NCBI GenBank assembly: GCA_910592345.1
Contig: CAJVPI010000164.1
Coordinates: 1 to 47,487, forward strand
Reading direction: 5' to 3'
Length of the DNA: 47,487 nucleotides
Source of the DNA: Paraglomus brasilianum
Taxonomy: Eukaryota
Positions 1 to 12,942 of the stretch are shown here, piece after piece. The position numbers and the translations under genes were made by a program. The notes below the pieces were generated by a model. It was given only the letters and a program-made list of their open reading frames with translations. It ran no database searches and was not told the origin of the DNA. Numbering within the stretch: position 1 is the stretch's first letter; each line of letters begins with the position of its first letter.

Positions 1-399
1 GATCGAATCTATTCAACCGAAGACACCGTTTGCTAAGGAAATTACGACTGCTTATATATCTATTTCGAGTTCTGCGCCTACTGCGCTATTCTATACTCTA
101 AAACTAATAAATACATGAGGATTAAATTAAAAGAAACAAATCGGGTGCGGAAATCGAAATCACCAGTTGACATCCACCAAGTGCTATATGAAGATGTATG
201 ACACGGTGCTCCGTCTTGCTGAAAGACTGAACCAGGATAATTTTACAGAAGTCATAGTTGTCGGGATAGGGATCGGACTACGATACCGGTTTCCCCGGCT
301 TCCGACTTCTACCGGCGACTCTGTGATTGTTGTCGTTGATAATTATGTGTGTGCCGGGGTGTTGATGGTTCGGGTGCCAGGTGCACTATTGATGATGTT

Positions 400-730
400 G
401 TTGATGACATCGATGTGGGTGCTGGGGGCACTCAACTGCATGTTAGATAAAGTATCGATTGCTTGATCAGAGGTACCTGAATGATCCAAAAACATAGCAA
501 TGTCTTTTTTCAATGCACCAATATGTTTATTTCCAATTCCAGCAAGAAAATAACATAAGAACCAGAGACCTTTCTGTCATTGTGAGATAGTATGATCCAC
601 AAGGCTTCTACCTACTACCATTCGGATTAATCACTTTCTCAAGCAGGTTGAGAAATGATTTGAGATAAATGTCTTTTGACTCCAAATCCATCCAAAGCAA
701 CTTCCAATAATATATTGGTGGGTTTCTTTC
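400..730 (-). pseudogene. Fragment of a repetitive, probably TE-derived fungal protein family
   Basis: Minus strand reads ...ESKDIYLKSFLNLLEKVINP...(frameshift)...LCYFLAGIGNKHIGALKKDIAMFLDHSGTSDQAIDTLSNMQLS, with stops and frameshifts. From memory it resembles multicopy hypothetical proteins of arbuscular mycorrhizal fungi; not verified by search. Confidence 0.45.
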
Positions 731-734
731 TTTC

Positions 735-1335
735 TAATATGGAGTAATAGCAGTAAAGGGCGTTCTTCGTCGTGGCAAACTATCATATGCAACTGAGGAG
801 CTCAGCACATAGGATGGTGCATTATGATCATATCTCCGTGTGAATTTCACAACAAGTTTACAACCACCCAAGAAAAAGAAAGCACGGATTTTTAACTCGC
901 ATGAAAAAATTATTCCGTGCGTAATAGGGAGTAATAGCAGCAAAGGGCGTTCTTCGTTGTGGAAAACTGTCGTATGTGCGTAATATGGAGTAGTGGCAGC
1001 AAAGGGCGTTCTTCGTTGTTGGCTGGCGTATGTGCTTAATATGGAGTAGTAGCATCAAAGGGCTTTGTTCGTTGTATATGAACTTTTTGATAACGTTGTA
1101 TTTGCGGTGAAGTACATGCGCTATAGAGAGGAGCGACAGGCTATATATGTATGAGTGGGCGCGTGTTAAATGACGGTTGCTATTGTCGTGCGCGACCTTA
1201 TAAGTAAATAAATATTGTCATGATTTATGCAGTAAGGATCACCGTCAACCAATAGTAAAGCATATATTGCCTAGTGTAACACATCATTACCCCGAAATGT
1301 TACACTGATACTATCGCTATTGTTCTTATTTCTAG
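735..1335. repeat. Repeat module copy 1: four ~56-59 bp units (TAATATGGAGTAGTAGCAGCAAAGGGCGTTCTTCGTTGTGG...) plus a conserved downstream arm
   Basis: Units start at 735, 922, 981 and 1037. The arm (aactttttgataacgttgtatttgcg...gagaggagcgacagg...gcgcgaccttataagta...atttatgcagtaagga...ctattgttcttattt) recurs in direct orientation at 46604-47145. Confidence 0.85.
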
Positions 1336-1699
1336 AATATTCAGAAATCTGATTGGTGTAAATGCGACAGGGAATGACCTTCACGATCTGAAAGTATAGC
1401 TTTTATTCTGTCCTCACCGTCCGCAAAATTGTCTTGGTCTAACACTATCATCCCGAATTTTATATAGGTATTCACCGATAATCGGAAGCTTTTAACCCGC
1501 AATAGTAGGGGGCGGGTCGGATTCTTGTCCAAGTCTGAAAGCTCAGATTGGATTTTTTAAACTAAACTTTTAGGTTATATAATAATAACTTAATGTTAAT
1601 TTTTCAGTAATACAAAAAGTGGTTACATAAAATTCCTAGCTAACACACCGCATTGCTCATTATTAGGTATTGATTTCTGGATCAAATGGAAAGATGATA

Positions 1700-2647
1700 C
1701 GGCCCACATATCTTTACAATCTTAAAAATTACGTGAAAAAGAAAATGTTGACCACAGGGCGACGCAAGAAAATAACAGCGGAGGCATCGAGAGCGATAGG
1801 TTAATATGTCCGAAGGGATTCTTCCTTATCTCTCTACTTCAATTATCAGTAGGCATTTAAAGGAACACAACTGGAATTCATATTACAGTTCTTTATGAAG
1901 CCGGCGCTCACGCTAGGCTTCATCCGAGATTTTTCCCCGAACTTTCGTCAAAGCCTGATTTTTACGCCTTACCGATTACAACGCCGATGCTAACATCAGC
2001 ACATAAGAAAAAGAGGGTTGAATGGGCAAGACAGCACTTAAACGACAATTGGAGGAATACATTATTCACTGATGAAACAGCCTTCCAATTGTTTAGAAAT
2101 ACTATCGAGCGTTGGTATAAGGGGAAAAGGCCATTCGCAGGATAGGAGAAAGATCTTCGCTCGGAGCGAATTTTGGAAGACAAGCTTTTATTGTTTTACT
2201 CAGATAATGGATGCCTCATTTTACATTCAAATCATTGAGGAACACCGCCTTCCTGAAATTAAGAAAATGCTTGGAAAAACTTGGGGCTTCCAACACACTA
2301 GTCGGATCGCCAAGCCATTCCTTAAAGAGAATTATAGACTGGCCCTCTAATAGTCTACTCTAGATTTAACTCCCATTGAAAATCTCTGGGCTATTGTCAA
2401 AACAAACGTTGAAAAACGTATGCCCAAAAATTCCGATGAATTGGAGCGTTTTATGACAGATGATTCCCAGAGACACTAATTGGTTTGGTCAACTCTATGT
2501 GAGTTAGTGATAGAAATAACGGTGAACGGATATCTTTAATAATTCATAAATAAAAGCTGCTCATTTCAAGCTTTCAAATAATATATATGAGATTTGAAGC
2601 AGTAACAAGCGATTTTATTTGTCCGATTTTTTTTGCAAACCCTTGTA
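1700..2647 (+). mobile_element. Degenerate Tc1-family transposon (5' TIR not found)
   Basis: Fragments LPITTPMLTSAHKKKRVEWARQHLNDNWRNTLFTDETAFQLF, QHTS and WPSNS..DLTPIENLWAIVKTNVEKRMPK in shifting frames. A TIR-like end tttgcaaacccttg|TA lies at ~2645. Confidence 0.85.
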
Positions 2648-3302
2648 TATCACGCGATTGATAATTATTGTCATCCTAATTTTATATAACTGAAATTGGT
2701 TCAACATTTGGCTAACTTTATATTATCAACGTATTTATCATTATGATGCCAGTGTACGAGCTAAATCGGTTTAGAAATGTACAAAGCACTAATACGAAAT
2801 AAATTTAGCAAAGATGAAGATACTACTCCTCACACATTTTTTCGACTTACCTCCTCCATACAAGTTACGCTAATAAAATAGGTCAATCCCAGGCTGGAAG
2901 AAACGTTGCAAAGATAATTTCAATCCCCTAAATATAAAGATGGAGAACAAGACCTGCAGATGGAATAAAATAGATCGTTTGCAAGTAGGTTCTTTATTTC
3001 TCACCTCAAGTGAATTCGTTAGCTCTCTTTGATTTCCAACTCTAGTTACAATATTCCAAAAATAAGTTCAAGAAACTAAAAGTAAATGAAATAAAATAAA
3101 AGAATATGTACATACATAAATAGTAAAGTTTACTGATGACAACGCAAGTGCCCGCAGTAAACGGACGATTATAGATTGGTGACAATACAAACACGTAAAG
3201 AAATAAAAAAGGGTGTCGGTGTGAAAGGGATGTCGGATAATAGTCGCGAATTTGTGAGGGAAGGTGTATCTACTGTAATTAATATAATGGCTATCGTTCA
3301 GT

Positions 3303-6300
3303 TTATGGTTTTCGGATGTATTTCTGTCAATTGATTGGGAAGAAATGTTAGCCAACAAGTACTAGAGTCATAAAAAGGACGACATATAAAACTTGGTACG
3401 CACTTTAAATCGAAATTTAGGATCTTCTTTAGCAAAAGGATGTTCCGAGAGTTCGGCGGCTGTAGGTCGCAGTTCCGGTTCTCTATATAAACAAGCAGAA
3501 AGGCAGGAATTGGTGTCATACGACATGTTACATAAGATAAAACAACTGCATGAACACGTAAAAACACCAACATTATAAAGCATTTATCCAGCATGTCTCG
3601 TGCTTCCGCTGACATTTTAATTTTATCGCTTATAGGTGGCGCTTTTTTCTCTGTTCCAAGTTGATACATTGCAGCAACGTCGGTAAACTTCTCCCAAGGA
3701 CGCTTTCCGGTAAACATCTCGAGTTCCACACAGCCAAGACCCCTATGGAAATGGTGAAAAGTGTTAATAATTTTACCGAGAAAGGATCATCAGTTACTGT
3801 AGACAGTAATATATTGAGTCTCACCAGATATCGACTTTTGCATTATAACCATTTGTAAACACCTCCGGTGCCATCCAGAATATCGTTCCTTGAAGAGACA
3901 TGTTTGAAATGTTGTCATAGGCGAATGCGTGATCTGATAAAAATGCCAAGTATTAATAATCAATTTGACGTAGAAAGCATGCTTCTATTACTATATCATA
4001 ATACATACCGCTTTTCTTTGAAATGCCAAAATCGGATATTTTACAGCAACCTTCTTCGTCCACAAGAATGTTATCCGCTTTTATATCCTGCAACAAAGGA
4101 AACATAATGAATTCCTCTTCTCTAAAATTGCTCGTTTCGTAACGGATACAGCCGTCTGAAGGAAAATATTTTTTTTCCCCATGTTACGATTGAACTTACC
4201 CGATGAAGAATGCCTTTCCCATGCAAATATTCCAAACCCAGTAAGATTTGCCGTGTAAATGATTTAACTACTGGCTCCTCAAATCGACCATGAATTCGCA
4301 GACATGTACCAATCGATCCACCATTGACATACTCGAGGAAAATATTAACTGTATCCCCACATTCATCGTAGCCAAGATATTGAACGATATGCTCGTGATC
4401 AAGAACTTTCAAAAGCTCAATTTCAGAATAGAAAGATTTCACCTGTTTACAATACAACCGAATCGTAAACAGTCAATTGTTATTGAAACGATAGTAATAT
4501 TACGTACAGGGAAGAGTGTTTACTAACCAAGTTGATCTGCCTCTCGCTCAGCCGATCCGCTTTTGTCTTTGGTAATTCAATTTGCTTAACGGCGATCATC
4601 TCGGATGTTGAAACATTAAGTGCCAAGTAGACTTTCCCGAATGTTCCTTTTCCAATAAGTTCACCTTTGATCCAAGATATTTTGTTTGCTATAAACCGAA
4701 TAAAATTTAAAAGTACAATAAATAAGTTAATAAGTAAATGATTCCAATGCCTTGTTAATTCGGAAATTGTACCGACAACACCAACGACAATAAAATGCGA
4801 TCACCTACATTTTTTGTTCTGACCGGCTTCAGCCAATGCTACATCGGGTGTAACATCTAAAGGGCTTGCGACCGGACTGTTTTGACCATGACTTCCGGGC
4901 CGCATTTCCACAACCCTCTTATCCCAAAATTTCGTTGCCTTTCTCTTCAATTTCGTAGCAGCCCTAATAGCAGTTGTAGTCTGCTGCCAGTTCTTTCTAG
5001 CATCTCGCTCTTTCTTTTCATTCTTTTCGCGGTCTTTCGCCTCTTGCGCAACTGATCGAATAGATTTATAACGCTGCAAAGGAGCACCTCGTTTTTCCGT
5101 CTTAGTAGTCGGTGATACGGGCGGCGTTGGGGTCTCTCCACGGTTATCAGCGTAGGTCACCAAACCGCCGTTTCCTTCAGCAATGGGTTTATCAAGATCA
5201 TGTCCCGGAAAATACTTATCCAGATCATGGTACACATCCTCGGCACTAGGACGTGTCACCCAGGTTACATTAACACCTCTGCGGAGGGAAATAGTGCGTT
5301 GAAGTTTAGATGCTTCTCTGGGGGTTTCAGAGTCATATGATGCATCAGAGTGTCTTTTACGACGAAGGCCATTCGTTGCATGGGAAGAAGTTGGAGGATC
5401 ATGTTCTGAAGACCTGGATTCAATTAACGTTTGAGATGACTGGTCAGTTTGTATGTTTTCTGGAACGTAAGTGTCGCCTGTTAGATTTGAACTGTTGCTT
5501 AAGCTGTCATTAGCAGTTTCCGATTGAGCATTGTTATTGTTCTTGTTGGGTATAGGTGGTTGGATCCATAAGTCATCGTCATTATTGTCATCTGTACTAT
5601 CGTTCGTTTGTGTTGGTATATCTAATTTAGGCCATAATGGCAAATCATCATCTGCAGTGTTCGCCGATTTCTCAACATCCGGTGTTACAGCCCGATCTTC
5701 AAAATTGGGTTCACTATGGAAGCTAGCTCGACGCCCGTCTTCGGCGTATGGATTAAAAATATCGTATCCCTGTGTGCGTGGTCCCTCAATTTGTTTCTCA
5801 TTCAATATAGATTCAGATATACATGATATACAAAAGTCATCCTGTGTGCCATCCCGAGTGCTGATGGGAAATGTCCTTGACTTTTGTTTTCGCCGCTGCA
5901 GATCTGTGTCTGATACATTTACGTGAAACGGCCGATAGGTTTCTATCGAATCATAGGGTTTATTAGCAATAGATGAATGTAATGGTAAGCTGATATCTGA
6001 TTTGTTAATCTTATTAAGATATTTGTATGGGCCTGAATAAACCGATTGTTGAGATGATTTGTCCGATAATGATAGTTGATGAGCTGTCTCGTAACTAGTT
6101 GGCTTGGTCGATATAAATCCACCAGGCCTTAAGCTGGTCGGAATAGATGATGACGCATTGAAAGATTTCGCCGGCCTCGATCCCCTATTCATAACGTTGC
6201 GACCATTAAGTATAGATTCGGGTCGTTTAGAATATAACGACATTTCTTGTTCTTGCAACTCATCATGATAAAGAAAATTCGTAAACGATGAACTAGATAT

Positions 6301-8078
6301 AGTTGATGCTCTCAGATCAGCTGGAGTTCTACGTTGCTCATATTGTGACAGTGGTAAAGTCGTAATCTTAACTGCAATGTGTCTGACAAATAATTTTAGT
6401 GCCCCCTTCGTATCTGCATTCCGACATCGTTCTATTATTTCTTCGTCCTTAAGACTTTCGCCAAGTTTGTCCAGATCAATTTCAGTTGCATAGAAAACAT
6501 AGTGGTCATGGTCACCCTTAACACCTAGTGCAAATAATACTTTGTCCTTGATTTTGTTAACGTCTTCCGGGTCACTGATATCAACAACGCGGAAGTTTAA
6601 ATTATCCAAAGTTGCCATTATTTTCTTTAAGCGCCACAAGAGCGAAGATGATCGTTCACCAAGATTAAGATGACTTTTTAGATCATTTGTACTTGATGTC
6701 AGTCTCAAAGAAAGAGGAATCTTGGGTTCAGAATTTACTCGAACGGGTAGTGGTTGAGTGTATGTCGTAGGAGATGACGTCCCTGCAAAAAAGTTCATCG
6801 TTGGAAGCATGAGGGAAAGGGCACTGTCTGGGGAATGGTCCACTGCAGATTGCGGTTCCTTTTAAATGATAAATACGAATGCATGTAGAGTCAGATTCCA
6901 ATGTGTAATGGAAAAAGAAAAAAAGAAAAAGAAAACTGTGCAATTAAATAGTGAAATGCGACAAAAAACATGAATTTTTTTGAAAGTATGCTTGGACTTG
7001 GAGAATGAATAATAGAAAATATACATTGAAACACGAGATGGTATATCAGACATTGTTGATCACAGCCATGATATATACACATTTATCTATGATATCTATT
7101 ACTTGTGATTACAGCTAAAGGTTATGAAAACATGCACGTCACAATCAATGATATGCAATCATCGTCATTCATTTTTTATGAAACTTTTTTTTCTTCTTAC
7201 CGTTTTGATATCGGCCTTCTCAGCTACTTTTCTTATTGCGGTAATAAGCTTGAATCTCTGATCTCGATCTCCTTTTGGTACCTTTACGTTTTGTATGTTA
7301 GTTAATGCAAAGAATGCATTACCATACCAATTATTATCTATTGTTATCAAGTGGATAGAATTTCAGGTCAAATGTGTTTGTAATTATCAAGCATTGGAGA
7401 AAACAATTAGGTTTGGTTCCATAGCCCGGACATACCAATAAAGTGCTGTATATAGTTGCTAAATCCATTATCTCTTAACCACTGCACTACTCGGTCAATA
7501 GTCCAATCTTCAACAGTCGATTCATCGACTGACGAGGATCTGCTGCGCTCATGTGAATGTGCAGTAATATGCTCTCTGCGTGTTAATGCACTGACTGGAC
7601 CCGGCAAACTATTATCAACATTAGTGTGAATAGGTGCAGGCAGTGCTTGTCTTCTATTAGCATTATCATTAGCTTCATCCATTATTAAAGTTGTGTCTCC
7701 CTCACTATTACTTATATTACCATTACTAACATAAATACTACTACTACTACTACTAATACTGCTGCTACTTGTACTGCTGCTTATTGAGGTGGAGGAGTAG
7801 TTCTCCTGCTCTACTTGACTGCTGAGCGAACGCAAATCTGAATTGTATAAACTTTGTGAGTGTGAGCTTGAATCCGAGGACGAGCGGGAGCGACGCTCTT
7901 CGTTAGGGAAATGACCGTCAGATTGAGAAGGTTCATTGAGTGGTTGGGAGGGTAATTCAGTAGACGTTTGTTTGTCTGAAGGACTGTTGTTCATTGTGGG
8001 GAGGTTGTATGTGTCGTCGAAGTTGGTTGTCGAATGTGAAATTGTATTAGTCATGTGATCGATGGAGATCTCATACAT
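3303..8078 (-). CDS. BCK1: MAP kinase kinase kinase of the cell-wall-integrity pathway (Bck1/Mkh1 type), ~10 exons
   Basis: N-terminal SAM-like WTIDRVVQWLRDNGF. Bck1-type motifs RPSAEDVYHDLDKYFPGHDLDKPI, KSIRSVAQEA and LKRKATKFW. Kinase motifs WIKGELIGKGTFGKVY, AVKQ, LHR|DIKADNIL, KISDFG, LQGTIFWMAPE and RPTAAELSEHPF joined by GT-AG introns. Probable last exon KYIRKP* ends at 3303. Confidence 0.93.
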
Positions 8079-8726
8079 CTTGAGAAGAAAAGATATGTGC
8101 CCTTGCAATTTTCTCGCTTGTATTTATTTGGATTGCACGATATACCGATACGCCAAGACTAGTCCGAATTTTTGGCTGTGCTCGGTTGCACTTCTTTAGA
8201 ATTTTCCCGGTTTTGGCCAAGAAGAGTGTTTAATTTATCACGTGATAGTATCTTATGTAACGGCGGGCGTTATAATAATACATATTGTCCAAATTTTCCT
8301 TCATACCATATTTATATTCAATGTGTTACCAATACATTACATTCTTATCGGCATACTCTTCAAAACAAGAATCTTTTTACTCAACCATAAACAGAGTTAC
8401 AAGAGTCTCATAAGCAAATCTACTATAAAAGAATGAGCAAATATCATATTATCTAACATGAGCTTATAGTTAACAATGATAAAAACTACAATTGCACAGC
8501 AATCTGAAAGTTAATTGAGTCCGAATGTTGTACATCTATTCTTTCGATTTTTACAAATGTACAGGGAGACACAAACCAACCAACGAAAACCGAAACGATA
8601 AACCAGGCCTAAATCTATTGAGAAAAAGAGCGGAAGCATCACGGCATCATATCATCATCCAACCCGTTGTCATCACCATTGTCACAGCACTTATGCCAAG
8701 ACTCCATTGAAACTGTGTCATATGCT

Positions 8727-9688
8727 TTAGACATCCCGAGCCCTACCGTTAACTTTCTTTCGCTTACTAAAGGAACTTGTTAAAAATAAATGACATTTAT
8801 ACCACAACTGTGAGTAAAAAATAGCAGAAAAAGATGAGGAGAAAATTGTTTACTTGGTGGTTGCTACTGCCGCTGTTGTTGTCGCTGCAGTAGCTGCTGT
8901 TGTTGTCGTTGTCGTGGTGTTGGTGGCGGTTGTCGTGGTGTTGGCAGCGGCGGCATTAGTGTTGATGCTAGCATTGGTGTTTGCTGCTGCTGCTGTTGTT
9001 GTTGCTGATTGCACGTTTGAAGATTGTTGAGTCAGAGATGATTTGCGAAGTTCAGTAAGAAAATCTTGCCCGTTTGCCATCACGTTGCCTGCATCGGTTA
9101 TAGAAATTTGAGTTAATGGCTATGAAACAATGATAATTAGCAGTAATTAATAATAATATTCTTTGGTATTACTTATTATATCACTGTTTAATTTACTTCA
9201 CCTTTCTGTGCCCAACCTTTACCCCCCCAAGCTTTCTCCAAATTCTTATACGAAACTGGTTTTTCTAAAAGAAGATTCCATTGCGTCAGCCCATTCATGC
9301 TGTAATTAAGATACATGTAAAAAACAAACTTCAACACTAAATACTTATCAACTGCCATATCTTTACCAGCTTCAGGAAGACTGCTATCATACAATTGATT
9401 TAGTGCTTCTTTCCAACCTATAAACAGTCCAATGCAGTAACTCAATTAAACGCGGTCATGAATCGTCTACAAATTCTCAGCACATTACTTCAATCCCTTA
9501 CTTCTATTCAGAAAAGTAGAAACTTCTGCCGCGTTAAACTGATTCACAGAAACATGTTCCTGCGAAGGCCGAAGTGGGGGCATCCCCGATGCAGTCGAGT
9601 CTGGGGAATAGCCAATATTTGTGTTTCCAACTGACGTCGAGACATCTCTGTTTCTGCCTAGTCTGTCTCGGGCCATTTTTTCGTTCAT
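8727..9688 (-). CDS. Small conserved fungal protein of unknown function (4-5 exons, Ala/Thr-rich tail)
   Basis: Exons join via GT-AG: MNEKMARD...SQEHVSVNQFNAAEVSTFLNR / WKEALNQLYDSSLPEA / KPVSYKNLEKAWGGKGWAQK / GNVMANGQDFLTELRKSS-(A/T-rich). The 3' end is uncertain: stop at 8850 if unspliced, 8727 if the last exon is used. Confidence 0.75.
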
Positions 9689-9992
9689 AAAAAGCACAAA
9701 AATTGGATCCTGAAACCAATTAACGGAAAAATCAGCCAATCAAAGTTCCCACTATTCACGTGTTCAGCAGTTTCTTGGACAAGACAGAGCATTCTTGCAA
9801 CAAAGTAAGTAGGATTTAAATGAACGAATTCTCTCTTGTTTGAAGATACACGGGAACCATCGATTAGTAGAATACATTAATATTATACTAATACTAATGC
9901 TAATAACCGAACGTCTGTGTGACCGTAACGTCAAGCCATTGTTAACTGACTTGGTTATATGGTAAAGTTTATATTATATACTAATACTAATA

Positions 9993-10966
9993 CAGTTTGT
10001 TAAGAAAAAAACCGGAATTTTACCGATGCGTTTATATGCTCAATTTATAAATAATTTTCGATGCGTAAAAGTGCAAAATAAACATGACATTTAGACATAA
10101 AATAAAATGCTGTTCGCGACCAAAAAAAACTCATTTTAACCACATAATGGCTACTTCGAAACACGAACAACAACAGCAAACTATATTATATTTGTAGAAC
10201 GAGGGAGTGCACAATGGTGCTGAAATACATGCATGCACACGGATTTCCCTTTCAAAAAACTGGAACAATGCAGTATGCTGGTGGAAATAACTGCCCAAGA
10301 AGATTGCTCAACAGCAGTCGGTCAATTTATTCGTCGGGATACTACAATTTCAACACCATTTTTGGCGAACAAATTGTCAGAAAAGGGAGTCGAAGAACAT
10401 TGGCGTAAGGGCAACCAACCTGTTTAACAAAAATGAGTTTGTTTTGCTTTCAGCAGGTTATGGATGCCAAATTCTATGTAGAAATCATTCAGGGCACCTT
10501 CCGGAGATTAATCAAATGCTTCGAGGCAAATGGCAGTTTCAACAAGACAATGACCCAAAGCATACTAGTCATCTTGCTAAGGCCTACCCTCAAAAAAAAA
10601 AAAAAAAAAAAAACATTCCGGAAGTTATCAATTGGCCCTTCAAATAATTCTGATTTAAAATCCCATTGAAAATCTTTGGGTGATTGTCAAGACTAATGTG
10701 GAGAAGTAGATGCCCAAGAGTCTTGACAAGCTGGAGCATTTTATGGTGGACAAATGGAGGGATATTCCAGAAACTACTCTAATTAATCTTATAGCATCCA
10801 CGAAAAAATGTTGTGAACTTATTATTGAAAATAGGGAAGAACGAATAAAATCTGTTGGTTTCAACTCACAGATAAACTATAAATCATGTAATTTTAATTT
10901 GGTTCATTCATTGTAATTGGGGCACAGTGAATAAAATCCCTATTCCGGTTTTTTCTTTACAAACTG
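9993..10966 (+). mobile_element. Internally deleted Tc1 element with ~26-bp TIRs and TA TSD
   Basis: TA|cagtttgttaagaaaaaaaccggaat ... attccggttttttctttacaaactg|TA. Internal WQFQQDNDPKHTSHLAK and WPSN-SDL-IENLW fragments. Confidence 0.92.
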
Positions 10967-11108
10967 TAAGTGTCACATATGGGCTTTCTGCAAGTTTAAT
11001 AACTACCGTTCTAGTAGACATATTTGCCGATACATGTAATAATTATTCTCATCGCTGTTAGCGGATATTGCGGATAAGAAGTGCTTTCATTAGGAGTTGT
11101 CGCATGTA

Positions 11109-12942
11109 CAGTCCTACTCAAAAGTCTCCGACCACCCTTTAAATTTTTCGTCGATCGCGCATAACACTACAGTCAACCATCTAAACGCAATGAAAATTTA
11201 CCCATTATTTGCGTATCTTCTATCCTATATTCCTGCAAATTTCGTTGCACATTAATATGTAAGATTTTGAGTTTGCTTATGCCTAACCAAAATCGATAAA
11301 TTATGTTTCGCAATCCAACCGTTTAAAAAGGAGTACATAAAAAAGTTATATTATGACACCATACAAATTAATATTCATTTGAAAGCATTTGAAAGTCTTA
11401 ATCAAATACAAAATTTTCGCGCTGTTATCTTGCTTAGTTGCTGAGAAATAAAATTATAAAATTTATTATGTAAAAATGCGGCAAAAAAGTATCAGAATAG
11501 TATTCAAGCAAGCAAAATATAATAAAAATTTTATTAATACTTGATTGCATAACCTTTAGCATGTCTAACTGCTTTTACTCTACGTTTCATGCTTAAAATT
11601 AGATTTTGAAATATGGTGTTTGGGATTTTCTTCCATTCTTGAAGAATTCAGCCAGTTTTTGCTCAAACGTTGGTGCTGGGTCCTGTTGTCTAATACGTCG
11701 TTCAAGCTCGTCCCACATATGTTCAATGGGATTAAGGTCAGGGCTCTGTCCTGGCCATTGCATCAGATTTATGTCTGAATCTTCAAAGAATGCCATTGTC
11801 AACTTACTTTATAGACTGAAGCATTATTCGTAATCAACAATTTTCCCTTCAAGTCCTTCCATAAAATGTATTAAATGTGCATTCAAAATGTCTATATATA
11901 TCTCTGACTGTTAATTATTCCTTCAACTCTGACAGAGGGCCATGCGAAACAACCCCATACAATTACCCCTCCACCACCATGCTTAACTGTTGGAATAACA
12001 CAGTTGACATCATATTTCTCCTTTGGGAGTCTCCATATACGAGTTCTGCCATCACTTTGGAACAGTGTCACTCCAGATGACTTTTTTCCATTGCTCATCT
12101 GTCCATTCTTGGTGTCTTTGCACCATCCCAATCGGTCTTGATGGTTTTTGACTGAAATGGGTGGTTTTCTTACAGCAACTCGACCATGATAACCTGCTTC
12201 ATACTAACTGTTGAAAGACTGGCAACAGTTCCAGATGACTGGACAAAGTCATTGTGGGCCTGTTTTGCAGATTGTTGGCGATTGGACTGAACAATCCTTA
12301 CAAGATGCCGCTTGTCCCTGTTAGTGAGTAATGGTGGCCACTATGTGGACACCACCAGTATCACAATATCTTTCTATTGTGTCATGTATTGTGCTTTTGG
12401 CATAGCCAATTTTGGCTTCAATTTCCCGTTCAGAATGGTCAAACAGCCATGCTCCAATAATAATTCCGCGCTCAAATTCAGTCATAATTACTAATAAACG
12501 CAAGACCGAGTCCCAAATTCTTCCTCTTGTATATGCGAATGTGATTGCGCGTTTCAACTAACAATCTGCAAAATGGATATGTGCTCTCTTGAAAAATATG
12601 ACAAAAAATTTTTATGTAATAATACCCGACCATTTAAAACTACAAGTAAATTGCTACAAAACTCAATTGAGATCTTGTTCATAGCGCAAACGGTTGGGCA
12701 GTTATTAAATTTTGAATATTTTTGTCGTAACGCTCAATTGTTCGTTTTCGATTGGATAAATTCAGGCATAAGCAAACTCAAAATCTTACATATTAATGTG
12801 CAACGAAATTTTGCGAGAATATAGGCTAGAAGATGCGCAAATAATGGCTAAAATTTCATTGCGTTTGCTGATGGTTGACTATAGCGTTATGTACGATCGA
12901 CAAAAACTTAAGGGGTGGTCGGAGACCTTTGAGTAGGCACTG
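11109..12942 (-). mobile_element. Near full-length Tc1 transposon with long (~190 bp) TIRs, TA TSD and a disrupted DD34E transposase
   Basis: Left end TA|cagtcctactcaaaagtctccgaccaccc...gtttgcttatgcct is the reverse complement of right end aggcataagcaaac...ggggtggtcggagacctttgagtaggcactg|TA. Transposase pieces MTEFERGIIIG(HTH), PTVKHGGGGVIVWGCF and WPGQSPDLNPIEHMWDELERRIR. Confidence 0.95.

Noticed and set aside
735..1080. CRISPR-like array
   Set aside because: The inter-repeat segments resemble each other (a tandem repeat, not unique spacers), there are no cas genes, and the context is eukaryotic.
5310..5926. Plus-strand ORFs opposite BCK1 (and similar antisense ORFs over SPF1, PUF3 and the Rsc-like gene)
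   Set aside because: Shadow ORFs of real coding exons with no independent motifs.
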